64,000 bases of DNA from Lama guanicoe. Lineage: Eukaryota. The stretch lies in contig MU053881.1 in the NCBI GenBank assembly GCA_013239625.1, positions 868,001-932,000 on the forward strand, in the 5' to 3' direction. How positions within the stretch are numbered: position 1 is the first letter of the stretch; each line of letters opens with the position of its first letter. The notes below the pieces were generated by a model that was given only the letters and a program-made list of their open reading frames with translations, was not told where the DNA came from and searched no databases. The translations under genes and the position numbers were made by a program. Shown here piece by piece: positions 1 to 12,788 of this stretch.

Positions 1-1929
1 GGCAGGGTCAAATGTAGGGGAGTGGGTACAGAGATGGGCCCACCCTTGGGGCCAGAAGGGGGTTCAATCTCCTCCAAACTCAAAGGCCTGAGCAGAATCC
101 CTGTGGAATGGTGGAGTGGCCATCCTGAAAAGCGGACAGCACCTCTTCACTCCCCGGTCACCCATGGGTAGGGGTCCTACCAGCAGGACCCCCGTCTGGG
201 ATTGGCCCTTGACTCCCCACCCCACATCCCAACTGCTAACAAGTGGGCACAGCTCATTCTACAGCGTTGGGGGGGATTTTTGCCCCAGCTGTTGCCACCC
301 TCCATGGGTCACAGCCCAGCGGCCGGCTCTTCTCCCTGTGCTGGGCCACCTCATGCAGCTGGAGAGAAACCATGACCTATTCCTCCTGTCCCCACGGGTG
401 AGGGGCCCATCAGAGCCTCCATCCACTCACCTCTGCAGCACCTCGACCTCAGGAGGGAGACCGGCTGGGTGGGTGGCAGAGCGTGGGCGTAGTTCACCTA
501 GACCGGGGCTCGCGCCTGCCGTCCAAAGCTGCCTAGTATTTACCGAGTAAAAGTCATTGCCCTGGAGACGCGGGCTTTGTTGACACTGAGGGATGAACGT
601 TGTCTGGTCTGTGGGTCTGCAGAGGAAGCCTCCTGTGTTTCTGGACAGAGTCTCAGGGAGAAGGCACCTGCAGGGGCCCAGAGACGGGCAATCGTGGGCG
701 ACTGGGGGTGGCCTGGGCCCAGGAGGCGGGTGGTCTGAACAGCCTGGGGTCTGGGATGCGTAGGGGCGACCCTGCCTGCAGGCTTTCCCTGAGTGTCTAG
801 TCCTGGCCTAGGGGACTGCCTTCCTCTACTTTCCCTTTCACCTGGGGCCAGCTCTGCCCGGTCCCTTCATGGCCTCCGTTGTCGGGCTCAGCCCCAGGTC
901 CTAGGAGGGAGGATCTAGGGACACCCTAGTCCCATACCTGGGGTCTCCACAACCAGGTTTCTTTTGACCTGGGTGGTTGGGCCCTGCCCTGGGTCTCCCA
1001 GGCACTCTACACTTCGGGGTGCCTTCCTCAAAATTGTCTAAGTCCACATGCAGTGCCTGGGACCAGCCAGGCTGGCAGGGGTGCCCAGGTGGGGCTCTCC
1101 CCGTCTGAACAGGACCCGTGTGGGCTCTGGCTCTGTTTTTCTCCCTCAGATACTATCTGACCCTGCACCCAACACGTGGAGTTGACCACAGTCCTCAAGG
1201 GCTCCAGGACACAGACTGAGGGCCCTGTGGCTGGGCCCTGGTCCCAGAAAAGTGGCCTCGTGAGCAAATGCTTGCTACTGGTTTTCCTTTTGTGGGATCA
1301 TGTGAGGGTTGGCTGCCAGAAGGGTGCTGACATGCTGATTTGGGGTGACTCAAAGTTTATGCAGACAGAGGTCCCACAAGAGATACTTTTCCAGTGGCCT
1401 GCCTGCCCTCGTCTGCACAACTCACGCTGTCTGCTGGGTACCAGTAAGTACCTAAGCACCCCACCATCTCCCTACCTGACCCCTCTTTCTAGCACAACCC
1501 CTGGGCAGACTGCTGGCTGCGTGCTCCGACTTATTTCTTGCAGCCACCACCCCAATTTTGATCTGAGGATCCTCATGGGGCCCAGCTAGTCTTCACCCCC
1601 TGGGCCACTCTCTGCTCCTCCCTCCTCTATGCCTGTGGTCCACGTCCCTGTCTGCCTGTGTCCCAGGGGGTGTCTGCGCCTGCCGCCTCCCCGGCCTGGG
1701 CTGCCTCTCCGGGCCGCTGCGGGGTCTGAACGTCCCTGTCACCAGCCAGCCTGCCTCAGACACTGGATGTCTGTGAGGACAAGTCTGATGTGTGCAGGGG
1801 CCGCCAAGTGGAAACTTCACATTGGTGACAGATGCTTCCTCCCAGACAGCCGATAAAGGTCGCTCCTAAATTCCAGAATAAAAGCCTCCACTTTACTGGA
1901 AAATGTCAGAAAGAAGAACGACTGCCCTT

Positions 1930-2433
1930 TGCTGAGCTGAGCCGAGCCCTGCGGGTTTTGGCAGGCGGGGGGTGGGGGGGAGCCACGGAGGGCGAGGCGC
2001 GTGCCGGATGTGGCCGAGGGGGGCCACTTGCTCGCTCAGGGAGGAAAGGATGGTAGATGGCCTCCCCCGCTGGCTGGTCCTGAGTCCCAGGATCGCCCGG
2101 GCCTGGGTGCCAGCGAAGGTGGCAGTGCGGTGGGGAGAGAGGCAGTGTGTATGACAGATCTGGCCGGAAGAATGGTTCACCCTCTGCTGAGCTGAGCCGA
2201 GCCCTGCGGGTTTTGGCAGGCGGGGGGTGGGGGGGAGCCACGGAGGGCGAGGCGCGTGCCGGATGTGGCCGAGGGGGGCCACTTGCTCGCTCAGGGAGGA
2301 AAGGATGGTAGATGGCCTCCCCCGCTGGCTGGTCCTGAGTCCCAGGATCGCCCGGGCCTGGGTGCCAGCGAAGGTGGCAGTGCGGTGGGGAGAGAGGCAG
2401 TGTGTATGACAGATCTGGCCGGAAGAATGGTTC
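1930..2433. repeat. Direct tandem duplication, period 255 bp (copies 1930-2178 and 2185-2433)
   Basis: The two copies read identically by eye; the ORF track shows identical peptides offset by 255 (1972/2227, 2001/2256). Confidence 0.95.
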
Positions 2434-2969
2434 TGCTTGACATCACCCCCAGTGATAAACGGCTAACTTGACACTGAACCTGGTGTTCGGCGTCTCTGAA
2501 GAGGACCCTGCCTGGGCAGACATTCTTCTGGTGCATCGGCAGGAGCTGGAGAGGAGCTGCCTGCTGGGGGGCTGCCGCTCTCCAGCTGCCCACAGTCCCG
2601 GGCCAGCCTGCCTCCCGCCCCGCTGGCCTGCCTGGCCCCAGTGGGCATCCCGGCCGGGGGCCTAGCACTCAGCTGTGAGCCCGCTGGGCTCCAGGCCGGC
2701 CCACTCCATTCCCACCTCTGTGCCTTTCTCTCCCCTTCTGGCTCCCTTTCTGGCCCCCCATCTTCTTCTCTCCACCTGAGTTCTCACCATTTAACCCAGC
2801 TGTGTTTGTTCCCAAGCTATGGGGGCTCATTCTTGCCTCACCACAAGCTCTCCCCCATGTCTCTTTGTCTACATCTTGGCTGTGAGTTGGACTGTGCTGG
2901 AAGCCCCACCCCTTCCAGGGTCTCCCACGTCTCAGCAGAGTCAGGAGAACCTAAATGCCGAGCAGCCCT

Positions 2970-3200
2970 CGTCCTGCCCGGCCCCCGCCCCCAGGCAGCG
3001 CCCAGGACAGCAGGTGCCCTGTGGCCGGTGCGGGAGGCCCGGGGCGCCCTCCGCCCAGCCCTCCTAGCGCGGCTGAGGGGGCTGCCGGACGCCCTGCGCC
3101 GAGGGCCGGGGAGGCCCGGGCCTGCACGCCGTGCAGCCGCGGGGCCGGGGATTGTGGGAGGCGGCCTGCCCGCGCTCGGTGCTTCGGCAACAGAAGCGTA
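2970..3200. other. Short CpG/GC-rich island-like segment overlapping the end of an MLT1B LTR
   Basis: Dense CG dinucleotides and very high GC relative to the flanks. Confidence 0.6.
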
Positions 3201-3537
3201 CCTTCTCACGGTTCTGGACCCTGGAAGTCCATGATCAAGGTGTCAGCGGGACGGTTCCTTCTGAGGGCTCTCTCCCCGGCTTGAAGAACACCTCTTCTCC
3301 CCGTGTCTTCACACCATCTTCCCTCTGTGTGTCTGTACCCTAGTCTCCTCTCCATATAAGGACCCCAGTCGACTATATTGGATCAGGACCCACCCATACG
3401 ACCTCATTTTACCTTAATTGACTCTTTAAAGACCCTATCTCCAATACAGTCACCGTCTGAGGCACTGAGGGTTAGAACTTCATCACATGAATTCCGGGGC
3501 AGGGGTTGCAGTGGGGAGTGATAATTCAGTCCATAAA
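3062..3537 (-). mobile_element. ERVL-MaLR solo LTR, MLT1B/MLT1A-like
   Basis: ttctcacggttctggaccctggaagtccatgatcaagg...gaccctatctccaatacagtcacc...gggttagaacttca resembles the reverse complement of the MLT1B consensus; left boundary uncertain. Confidence 0.8.
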
Positions 3538-3641
3538 AGTTACCGCAGTGGTGTCATCGCCTCCATTTTTACAGATGAGGACATAGAGACCAAGAGTAAC
3601 TTGTAGGAGACACTCAGCTTGGCCCAGAACCAGGCAGCGTG

Positions 3642-3726
3642 TTTATTTATTTGTTTATTTTAACAGAGGTGCCGGGATCGAACCTCGCTAAGCACGTGCT
3701 CCAGCCCTGAGCTGTGCCCTCCCCCC
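3642..3726 (-). mobile_element. Degenerate tRNA-Ala-derived SINE (Vic-1-like), internally deleted
   Basis: tttatttattt tail, gggatcgaacc (B box, reverse), ctaagcacgtgctc...tgagctgtgccctcccc. Confidence 0.7.
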
Positions 3727-4574
3727 GCAGAATGCTGATGGAGGTGAGCAGGTTACCTAAGTGGCCCTCCCCCCGTGCTCATCTCTGGGGTCAGTCCTTG
3801 CTGAAGACAAGGCTGCTGGTGCTGAGGCCCGGCAGCAGGGCTGGGCAGCTCCTCCTAGGAGCTGCAAGCATGGAGCCTTGGGCCATGGCTCCGGCATGGA
3901 GGTGGGGCCGGGGGGGCTCCCAGGCATAGCGCCAGCCCACTGTGCTGGGGGGTTCGCGGTGCTGCTGGCAGGGAACAGCAGAGCTGGCTGGAGCAGTAGC
4001 AGGGACCAGGTGGCTGCAGAGGAGCGATCATGTGGGTGAGGCTGCCACACACAGCCAGCAGCTACCGCACCTGGCCCTCGGGGACAGCCCAGCAGACAGA
4101 TGGCAGGTCTAGTGGGGACATCCTGGGTGGTTGAAGCAGTGTGGACGTCTGGCTTGTTCACAAACCCTCCCACCCTCAACCCTTGGGGGAATCTGCAGGG
4201 GGCTGGAGGTGCCGTCCAAGCAGGTGGGGCCACGAGCCACTGCCTCCAAGTTCACCCCGCTGACCGTGACTCCATCAGAGACTTCCTCGCTTTGATGAAG
4301 CCTGGGTACACCCTTGCCAGTGTTCATGATGTGTGTCTGGGCGGTGCCTCATGTCTCCATCACTTACCATTTCAAAATTCATGGACTTCTATGGACATCT
4401 GTGGAGAAAATATTAAATTCCACTTGAACTTTTAAATGAATATGTATAGCTCTTTCATGAGAAAGATGCATTTTGCCATCATATAAGTTAATATGTATCT
4501 GGGCACATTTCACTCAGTAAAATTTGAAATGCTGAGCTGATATGAAAGACAAGTGTTTTTATGAAGATTGGAAT

Positions 4575-5055
4575 TGTAATAGGGAAAGATGAATCTGACT
4601 CCATATTGGATCTGTTTCTTTTACTTTACCCTTTGTGTGTTGTTGCTTTTGCTACAAGTTAATCACTAAAGGGATGTTGCCTATATACTTAAATTATACA
4701 TGACGGCCCAACTCTGGGAAACCTGCCTCCCAGGTAATGAATATCAAGCTAAAATATCTTTGTTTAGCTCACAGGAGACATCCTGACCCGGCCCACCCAT
4801 GAATGACTGCAGGAAGGGAGAAATGAACACATCCTCTGGAGGCTGACCAGAACCAGGAAATATGTGACTTCACTCCCTCCCCTTGTAGAATAAAAGAAGC
4901 CTGAATTCTAACTCAGGCAAGATGGTTCTTTGGGACACTAGTCCATCACTTTCTCGGTCTGCTGGTTTTCTGAATAAAGTCACTATTCCTTGCCCTAAAA
5001 ACTTGATTTCTTGGCCTGTCACACGGCGGGCAGTGCGAGCTTGGACTCAGTGACA
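4575..5055 (+). mobile_element. ERV1-class solo LTR
   Basis: TG...CA termini, flanks gaat/gaag (near-perfect 4-bp TSD), AATAAA near the 3' end; similar to the LTR at 60889-61420. Confidence 0.85.
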
Positions 5056-6639
5056 GAAGGATGCCAGGTGCCTGCTGTGCACTTGCTGCTGCACAAGGTG
5101 CAGCCTGTGCACTAGTCCACTGACAACTTCGCGAGGCAGACTGCATTTCCGTTCCCATTTTGCAGGCCAGGAAATTGAGGCCTGGCTGGCTTAGGCACCT
5201 TCCCAAGGTCCAGCCTCAGCCACCAAGCTGCCCTGTGAAGGATAACGGGGACGCGCGTGGCCCTGGGAGGCTGAGAGGTAGGAGCCGCTGCATCCTTCTC
5301 AAATGTCTGCAAATCCCGGACCCGGATTCTCACCTCAGGCTCCCAGCAGGCTCTATGCACACGCGCTCGTCATCGTGCCAAAGTTCAAGCCAGCAGACAG
5401 AGTTGATTAGATTTGACTTTATCCCTTGCTTTGAATCATTCATGCTTCTACCCTAATTTCCCCAGAAATAATTTAATAATGCGCAGCTGCAGGAGGGCGC
5501 CTGGGTGCGTGGCTCTGTGACGTGCTGGCCCAGGATCCTGTGATGTCTGCTGGGCAGAGGCTGACCTGAGCCATCTTTCCTTTAAAGCAAAGCCCTCCCT
5601 GAGTGCCCACGACGCAGGAACGCTGCCTGAACGGCCCAGAGCTTCAGGAACCTCCATCCTCCTGTGTCCCCAGCCCCTGAGAATTCCATCCCCAGCCCCG
5701 TGTCCTGTCTCCCTGCAGGGCTCCGGTGCTCAGCCCCTGGCCAGGCTCTCAGACCCCTGGACCCTGCTTCCGTCAGCCCTGGTCCAGGCCACACTTCCCA
5801 CAGCCCGAGTGTGTGGGGTAACCTTCTGCAGCCACAGCGCTCGCCTGTCCCACACCCTTGTGGAGCTCGCTCCCTATCTCTCTTGGGCAAAGGCCCAAGC
5901 TTGCTAGCTCGGCACTCAGGCCTCCGCCGCTGTGGCCCATGGGGTCAGCCCAGGTCCCCTTCTGCTCCCCACTGTGTGGAGCTGCTTGTGGGGCCGGAGT
6001 ACCTACTGCCCTCCTTGAACGTGCTGCTCTCCCGTGGGGATGCTGGGCCCACCGCACACGCCCTGATGGGCCAGCACCTCCTGCCTCGCCTCCCGGTCAC
6101 AGCTCAGCGGGGGAAAGACAGCTGTCTGGGGCCTCGGTCTGGGCTCCTCAGCTGGGTGCCCCTGCCCTGCAGAGCTGCAGGGTGAAGGCCCAGAGGCCCC
6201 GGCCCTCCGGCACACACACCTTCTGTGTCATCTGCTGGGGTTTCAGCTGTATCCCCTGTTTGAGGGCAGCCCCTCCCTCAGGAGGACCACAGGGCCTGGC
6301 TGAGGGCCCTGACCACAGAGCGACCCCAGCCTTGGGCTACAGAGGGTGGGCAAGCTGCCTCAGGAGCCCTGCAGGACCCACCCCCCGGGCTTCTTGTCCT
6401 GCCAGGGCTCCCACTGCTGGGCTGCACCTCCCACCAGCTCAGGAACAGATCGAGGGCCAGAGCCAGACTGAATACTCCTCTGTGGCCCTCGGAGGGAACA
6501 GAGAGATGCCCAGGGCATGAAGGGGACAGTGAGAGGAGCAAAGCTCGCATCTTGCAGTGATTTGCCATCTGCTGGGAGCTGCTGTCAAAGCTCTTCACGG
6601 ACTGTCCCACGGACCTGACAGCCTGTGAGGTGAGAACTG

Positions 6640-6750
6640 CTACCACTCCCATTTTACCTAGGCGAACACTGAAGCACAGAGAGGTTAAGTGATTCTTCCA
6701 GAGTCACACAGCAGTGCAGCCAGAGTCCTGGTTTGTCTGATTTCAAAACA
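6640..6750 (-). mobile_element. MIR SINE fragment
   Basis: cccattttacc...actgaagcacagagaggttaagtgatt...agtcacacagc core-SINE motif. Confidence 0.65.
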
Positions 6751-6849
6751 CTCTCTCTTGGTTGTTACCTGGAGGTGAGGCCAGAAGGGAGAGATGACTT
6801 CAGTGTCTTCCTGAGACATTGCAGAGTGCTGGCTACAAGGCTTCATGCC

Positions 6850-6910
6850 ATCCTTCCCTCCCTCCCTCCCTCCCTCTCTTCCTCCCTCTCTTCCTTCCTT
6901 CCCTCCTTCC
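6850..6910. repeat. (CCCT/CCTT)n pyrimidine microsatellite
   Basis: Directly visible. Confidence 0.85.
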
Positions 6911-7419
6911 CTGGCGGCTGGCAAAGGAACTCATGGCTTGTGGAGGTTGCCTTGGGAGGCATCTGGAGGCTAAACTGGCTGATGCAGAGGCTTGTTGGAC
7001 GCTGGGGGTGGGACACAGAGCTGCCCGAGTGAAGGATGGGACCTGGTGAGGAGGAGGCTGCAGCATGAGGGGTCATGAGCAGGTCATAAGGTGACAGAGG
7101 TCAGAGATAGGTCAGCGATAGGTCAGCACAGGATGAGGTGGCGTCAGTCCACAGGACCAAGGGGCATCTGATGGGGGGAAGACTCTCAGCCCTTGTAGGA
7201 CGGGGCGCTGATTCCAGGCTGCACAAAAATGGACACTGATGGGTGACTGATGAAACCCGGGCACAGGGTTGGGGAGTGGACATCAGGGACTGGGCTCTTC
7301 CCCACGTCTGCTGGCCCCACAGTGGACACAGGACTGTGGTGTGGTGGGGGTGTCGCAGACAGTGTCTGAAGGAGCAGGGGGTACAGTGGGTGGAGAGCAG
7401 GTTCAGGGTGGCTCTGGAG

Positions 7420-7889
7420 GATGCACAGCGGCCCCTCCCCAAGAAGTCCTCCTCCTAGTACCTGGAACCTTTGGACGTTACCATCTATGGCAAAGGAGAC
7501 TTTGCAGATGTAATTACACTAAGGATCTGGAGATGGGAAGATTATCTTGGATTATCCAGATGGGCCCTAAATGTAGTGATCAAAGTCCTCGTAAGAGGGG
7601 GGCAGAGGGAGATGTGACCACAGGGGAGGGAGATGTGACAGTGGGAGCAGAGATTGGAGTGATGTGCTCTGAGGATGGAGGAACCCGAGGTGGCGCTAGA
7701 AGCTGGACCAAATAAGGAATAGATTCTCCCCAGAGCCTCCAGAAGGAACCAATCTGCTGACACCTCAACTTTAGCCCATGAGACTGATTTTAGACTTCAG
7801 ACTTCCAGAGCTATAAGAGGATAAATTTGTGCTGTTTTAAGCCGCTGAGTTTGTAGTATTTATTACAGTGACAATAGGAAACAAATACA
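7420..7889 (+). mobile_element. ERVL-MaLR solo LTR, MLT1D-like
   Basis: ggcaaaggagactttgcagatgtaatt...gattatcttggattatccagatgggccctaaatg...ataaatttgtgctgttttaagcc...aggaaacaaataca. Confidence 0.85.
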
Positions 7890-8457
7890 GTGACGATGCT
7901 CAGGGTGAGCCAAGTGTGTGGCAAGGTCACATTATAAGAGGTCAAGAGCCGGTACAGTGGAGGGCATAATTATTCTCTGTGCAGTCCACTGGGACCTTGG
8001 TATGTGGGCATCAGTTCTGGACTTAACACTCTGAGAGGGATAGAGACATATTAGACAGGAATGACCACTTTTGGGGAGGGGTTTGTCCAGTCTCTCTCCT
8101 CTGAGAACTTCTCCCCCCACCCCCAAGGCTGGGTCACAGACAGCGAAGTTCATGCCACATGGGCTTGTCACTTTGGCCACACTTGGTCTGGCCAAGATGG
8201 ACAGTTGACCCTAGCTGGTCCAAGCAGACGCTCTCTTCAGGAAGCCTGTAATTGAAGCAGGTTCTTGTTGAGTCTGGGCTGGCTGGTGAACTGAGGTGAA
8301 GCGAGCTCAGGCCCCTCACAGAGTCAGAGCAGCAGAGGAAAGAAGAGACTCATGGCGATGTGCTGCGAGCTGAGAGAGGGACCCGAGGCCGTGGCCCTCC
8401 GGCTCATGGGCGTAAATTTGTTTGTGATAATCTCTTCTCTTTTTTGGGGGGATATAT

Positions 8458-8988
8458 TTTTTTTATTGAAGCAAAATTCTCAAAACATAAAATTCACTAT
8501 TTTAAAGCATACAATTCAGTGCATGTTCATAATGCTGTGGAACCATCACCACTGTCTAATTCATCACCCCCCAAAGAATCCCGGCACTGATTAGCAGTCA
8601 CTCTCCCTTCCCTTGGCCCCACCCATGTATTTTCTGTCAGTAGAGATTTGGGCATTTCGTATAAATGGGATCATGATATCTGTGGCCATTTGCGTCTGGT
8701 TTCTTTCACTTAGCATAATGTGTTTGAGGTTCATCCATGTTGTAGCACATATCAGTAATTCAATCCTTTTTAATGGCTGAATAATATTCCATTATATGGA
8801 TAGATCACCATTTGTTGATCCAGCAATCTGCTGATGGACATTTGGATTGTTCTTTTTTGCTACTATGAATAATGCTGCTATGAACATTTGTGTGCAAGTT
8901 TCTGCGTGGGCATGTTTTCAGCTCTTCTGAGTAAATCCCTACGGATTAGAATTGCTGGGTCATATGGCAACTCTCTGTTTAACTTTTT
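8458..8988 (-). mobile_element. Old L1 3' end (L1MB-like)
   Basis: ataaaattcactattttaaag...ttcacttagcataatg...aggttcatccatgttgtagca...gaattgctgggtcatatgg. Confidence 0.8.
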
Positions 8989-9140
8989 GTCTTCTTATCT
9001 TTTAAATGTCTGTAAGATTTTTAGCAATATCTTCTTTTCCATTTCTGACATCATTTTCTGTTTCCTTTTTTTATCTCACTCAAACTCCACCAGGTTTATC
9101 AATTTTATTTTGCTTTTCAATGAACAAACTTAAAAAAAAA

Positions 9141-9650
9141 TTAATAGACTTTTTTTTGAGCAGTTTCAGGTTCACAGCAGAATTGAGCAGAAAATACAGA
9201 GTTCACACATAGCCCTCCCCATCCGCACATTTATACTCCTCTACCCTCAACATCCCTCATCAGTGTGGCATATTTGGTACAATTGATGAACCAACATGGG
9301 CACATTATTATCACCCAAAGTCCATAGTTTACATTAGGGTTCACTCTTGACATTGTACATTCTGTTTATTTTGACAAATGCCTAATGACATATAGCCACC
9401 ACTACAGTATCACACAGAATAATTTCATTGCCCTAAAAATTCCTGGTGCTCCATCTTTTCATTCCTCCCTCCCTCCCTTTCCCCAAACCCCTGGAAACCA
9501 TGATCTTTTTATTGTTTCTATAGCTTTGTCTTTTCCAGAATGTCATTCGGTTGGAATCGTACAGTTTGCCACCTTTTCAGACTGGCTTCTTTGATTTAGT
9601 AATACGTCTTTTAAATGTCTTCCATGGCTTTCATGGCTTGATAGCTCATT
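9141..9650 (-). mobile_element. Old L1 3' end (L1MC/L1MD-like)
   Basis: agcagtttcaggttcacagcagaattgagcagaaa...aagtccatagtttacattagggttcactctt. Confidence 0.75.
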
Positions 9651-10096
9651 TTCTTTTTTTTTTTACTGCATATGTATTTTTAAAATTTGCATATATGTAC
9701 TGTTCTCAATGAACCAACTTTTGACTTAGCTGATCCTCTTTATTGTGTACCCTAACATTTTAATTAATTTATGCTTATATTTTAATCATTTCTTTCCTTT
9801 TACTCTCTTTGATTTATTTTGCTGTTATTTTCAGCCTTATTTTGTGTAATATTTGTGTTTAAAACTATGCTTCCAAGTAAACATGGCTTTAGCTGCAACC
9901 TTACAAATTTTGATGTGTGGTATTTTCATGAAGTTCAACGCATTTTCTAATGTACATTGTGGTTTTTTCCCTTGATCTATGAATTATTTCAGTGTGTGTT
10001 TTTCAGTGTTCCAACAGCAGGCCTTGGCCTCACTTCCCTCGTGAAGCTCTCAAATTGTCACCCAGGGTCTCAGCTGCCTCCTGGGCAAGCAGCAAA

Positions 10097-10693
10097 TGTA
10101 TTTGTTTTCGGTGCTGTGTAACAAATGACCATGCATTTAGTGGCTTACAGCAGCACCACCTGTTCATTTGCTCCCAGGTGTGTAGGTCAAAGTTCTAGCT
10201 CTAGGGGCCAGGGTCTTCTGCTCAGGGTCTTTCCAGGCTGAAGTCAGGGTGTTGAGCAGGCTGCATCTCACGTGGAGCTCAGTGATGGCTTTCAGCCCCA
10301 TTCAGGTCATTGGTAGAATTCAGTTCCTTGTGTTTGTAGGACTGAGGTGCCTGTTTCCTTGCTGGCTGTCAGCCATGGGCACCCTTCGCTCCTGGAGGCT
10401 GCCTGCACTTCCTGCTAGAGGCCCCTCTCCATCTTCCAAGCCAGCCAAAGAGAATCTCCCTCATCCTTTGACTCTCCTTCATTAGGAAGAACCGGTTCTT
10501 TTAAAGCGCTTATCTGATTAGGTCTGGCCCACCAAGGATAAGCTTATCATAAGATCAACTGATTTGGGTCATTGACCACATTCACAAAGTCATCTCACAG
10601 AAGTGCCTAGATGAACATCTGAATAAATTGGACAAGTTAGGTATACACCAGGGGTCAGGGATCTTGGAGCTGTCTTAGAATTCTGGCTTCCAC
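10097..10693 (-). mobile_element. ERVL-MaLR LTR, MLT1E-like
   Basis: gctgtgtaacaaatgacca...ggtagaattcagttccttg...gtaggactgagg...tcttagaattctggcttccaca. Confidence 0.75.
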
Positions 10694-10869
10694 ATAGTCC
10701 TAAACAATGGGTTTACCTCCCAGGCCTCCTCCAGATCTTGGCAAGGAATTCTTGATTATCTTCTTAGCTTTCTGAAGCGATCTAACTGATTTTTAAAGTT
10801 TTGGTCCAGTTTTCCTGCTTTTCCTCAGTGGGATGGTTGGCCCACATTGTTAGAAGCAGAAACTCCTCT

Positions 10870-11990
10870 ATTCCTGATTAAAAACCAACCAACAACAAAA
10901 CCCCAACAAACTAAACTCTTAGGAATAAAAGAAAACTTTCTTAACTTGATAAAGAATGTCAGCCAGAAATCTAAAGCAAATATCACGTATAAAGGTGAGA
11001 TATTAGACTGATTCCTATTAAAGTCAGGATTGGGACAAGTTCAAGTTCTCTGTCACTGCTTCTAGCTAAAAACTGGAATGTTGACAATAAAAAAGCTAAA
11101 ATTGAAAAGGAAGAGAAAAAAACCCGTCATTATTTGTAGACAGATATGATCCTCTACTGAGGAAATCCAATTGGTTCAATCACCTGGCAAATTACTAGAG
11201 TTAATTAGAAAGTTCAGCAAGATGGAAAAATGTCAGATCACCATAGAAATGAACAGCACTCCTAACTGGGTCCTAAATAATCAAAACACAATAGAAATGA
11301 GGTAACAGTGACAACAGCCACAGAATTTGGGAAATTCCGGCAAATGACTCTAACCATGAGAGGATTCAAATGCTGGAAATCGTAACACCTAACTGAAAAG
11401 CGTAACAAAAAGTCTCAGTCCGCGGCGAGACACAGCACATTCGGCACTGGAAATATCCAATATCCTGCCGACTTCATTCTCCTCAAATCAATAGATGTTC
11501 AATGACAGTCTCAACCAAAACCTCAGGGGGTAGGATTTTTCGTGGAAATTGTCAGACTCATCCCCAAATTCATGTGGAAGACACTATGGGCAAGCATGAA
11601 ATGTTTCTGAAAAAGAAAGAACGGTGTGGAACCGGGGAGGGTATAGCTCAAATGGTAGAGCACATGCTTAGCGGCCAGGAGGTCCTGGGTTCAATCCCCA
11701 GTACCTCCACTGAAAAATCAAATCAATCAATCAATAAACCTAATTACCTACCCCCTGCAAAAAAAAAATTAAAAAAAATAACCATGGGGGCTCTTCCAGG
11801 TGTCTTGAGAGAGCAAGAATCTCTAGAGCATGGAATAGTGCAGTGATGGCTCAGGAACAGAACAGCTGTGCAGCTAGGAGACAGGCCAGAGTGATCCACG
11901 TACTTAGCGGGGAATTTAGTACAAGACGGGTGGCATTTACAATCAGCGGGAAGAGCTTTTTTTCTTTCCTTTTTAAATAAATAAGGTAAT
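10870..11990 (+). mobile_element. Degraded old L1 ORF2 relic interrupted by a SINE
   Basis: aactttcttaacttgataaag, agttcagcaagat, ccaaattcatgtggaa: eroded ORF2 motifs in the expected order. Confidence 0.6.
11634..11780 (+). mobile_element. tRNA-Ala-derived SINE (Vic-1-like, camelid)
   Basis: ggggagggtatagctcaaatggtagagcacatgcttagc...ggttcaatccccagtacctcca (A and B boxes), aaacctaattacc tail segment, poly-A. Confidence 0.9.
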
Positions 11991-12047
11991 GTCAATTGGC
12001 TCTTTGTATCAGTCAGGGCATACTCAGGAAAGGAAAAGAGCATTCTT

Positions 12048-12185
12048 TTTTGTTCGTTTGTTTTCCTTTTGGTGGAAAAGTAATTAGGTTTATTTATTTA
12101 TTTAATGGAGGTACTGGGAATTGAACCCAGGATCCCATGCATGCTAGGCATGCACTCTACTACTGAGCTATATCCTCCCCACCCC
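12048..12185 (-). mobile_element. tRNA-Ala-derived SINE (Vic-1-like)
   Basis: Reverse complement of the same SINE; flanked by TSD ggaaaagagcattctt / ggaaaagtgtattctt. Confidence 0.9.
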
Positions 12186-12202
12186 AGGAAAAGTGTATTC
12201 TT

Positions 12203-12788
12203 AAAAAATTGATTATTATTATTTTTAATTGAAGTATATTTAGTTCCAATGCATTAATTTCTGGTGTACAGCATAATATCCCAGTCCTACATATATATAC
12301 ACATATATTCTTTTCATATTCTTTTTCATTAAAGGTTACTACAAGATATTGAATATAGTTCTCTGTGCTATACAGAAGAAATTTATTTTTAATTTATTTT
12401 TATATATAGTAGTTAATATTTGCAAATCTTGAACTCCCAATTTTTCCCCTCCCCCTGGTAACCATAAGATTGTTTACTATGTCTGCAAGTCTGTTTCTGT
12501 TTTGTAGATAAGTTTGTTAGCGTCTTCTGTTTTCTTTTTTCTTTTTTTTTTTGGATTCCACATACGAGTAATATATGGTATTTTTCTTTCTTTTTCTAGC
12601 TTCATGTAGAATGACGATCTCCAGGTCCATCCATGTTGCTGCAAATGGCATTATTTTATTCTTTTTTATGGCTGAGTAGTATTCCATTGTATAAATGTAC
12701 CACAACTTCCTTATCCAGTCATCTGTCAATGGACATTTAGGTTGGTTCCATGTCTTGGCTATTGTATACAGTGCTGCTATGAACACTG
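12203..12788 (-). mobile_element. 5'-truncated lineage-specific L1 (ORF2 C-terminus plus 3' UTR)
   Basis: ORF 12517-12786 MFIAALYTIAKTWNQPKCP...MEYYSAIKKNKIMPFAATWMDLE is the L1 ORF2 C-terminus; TSD at both ends. Confidence 0.93.

Noticed and set aside
2463..2530. Possible short first coding exon on the minus strand (MSAQAGSSSETPNT...)
   Set aside because: Weak donor site, no recognised protein and no supporting downstream exon.
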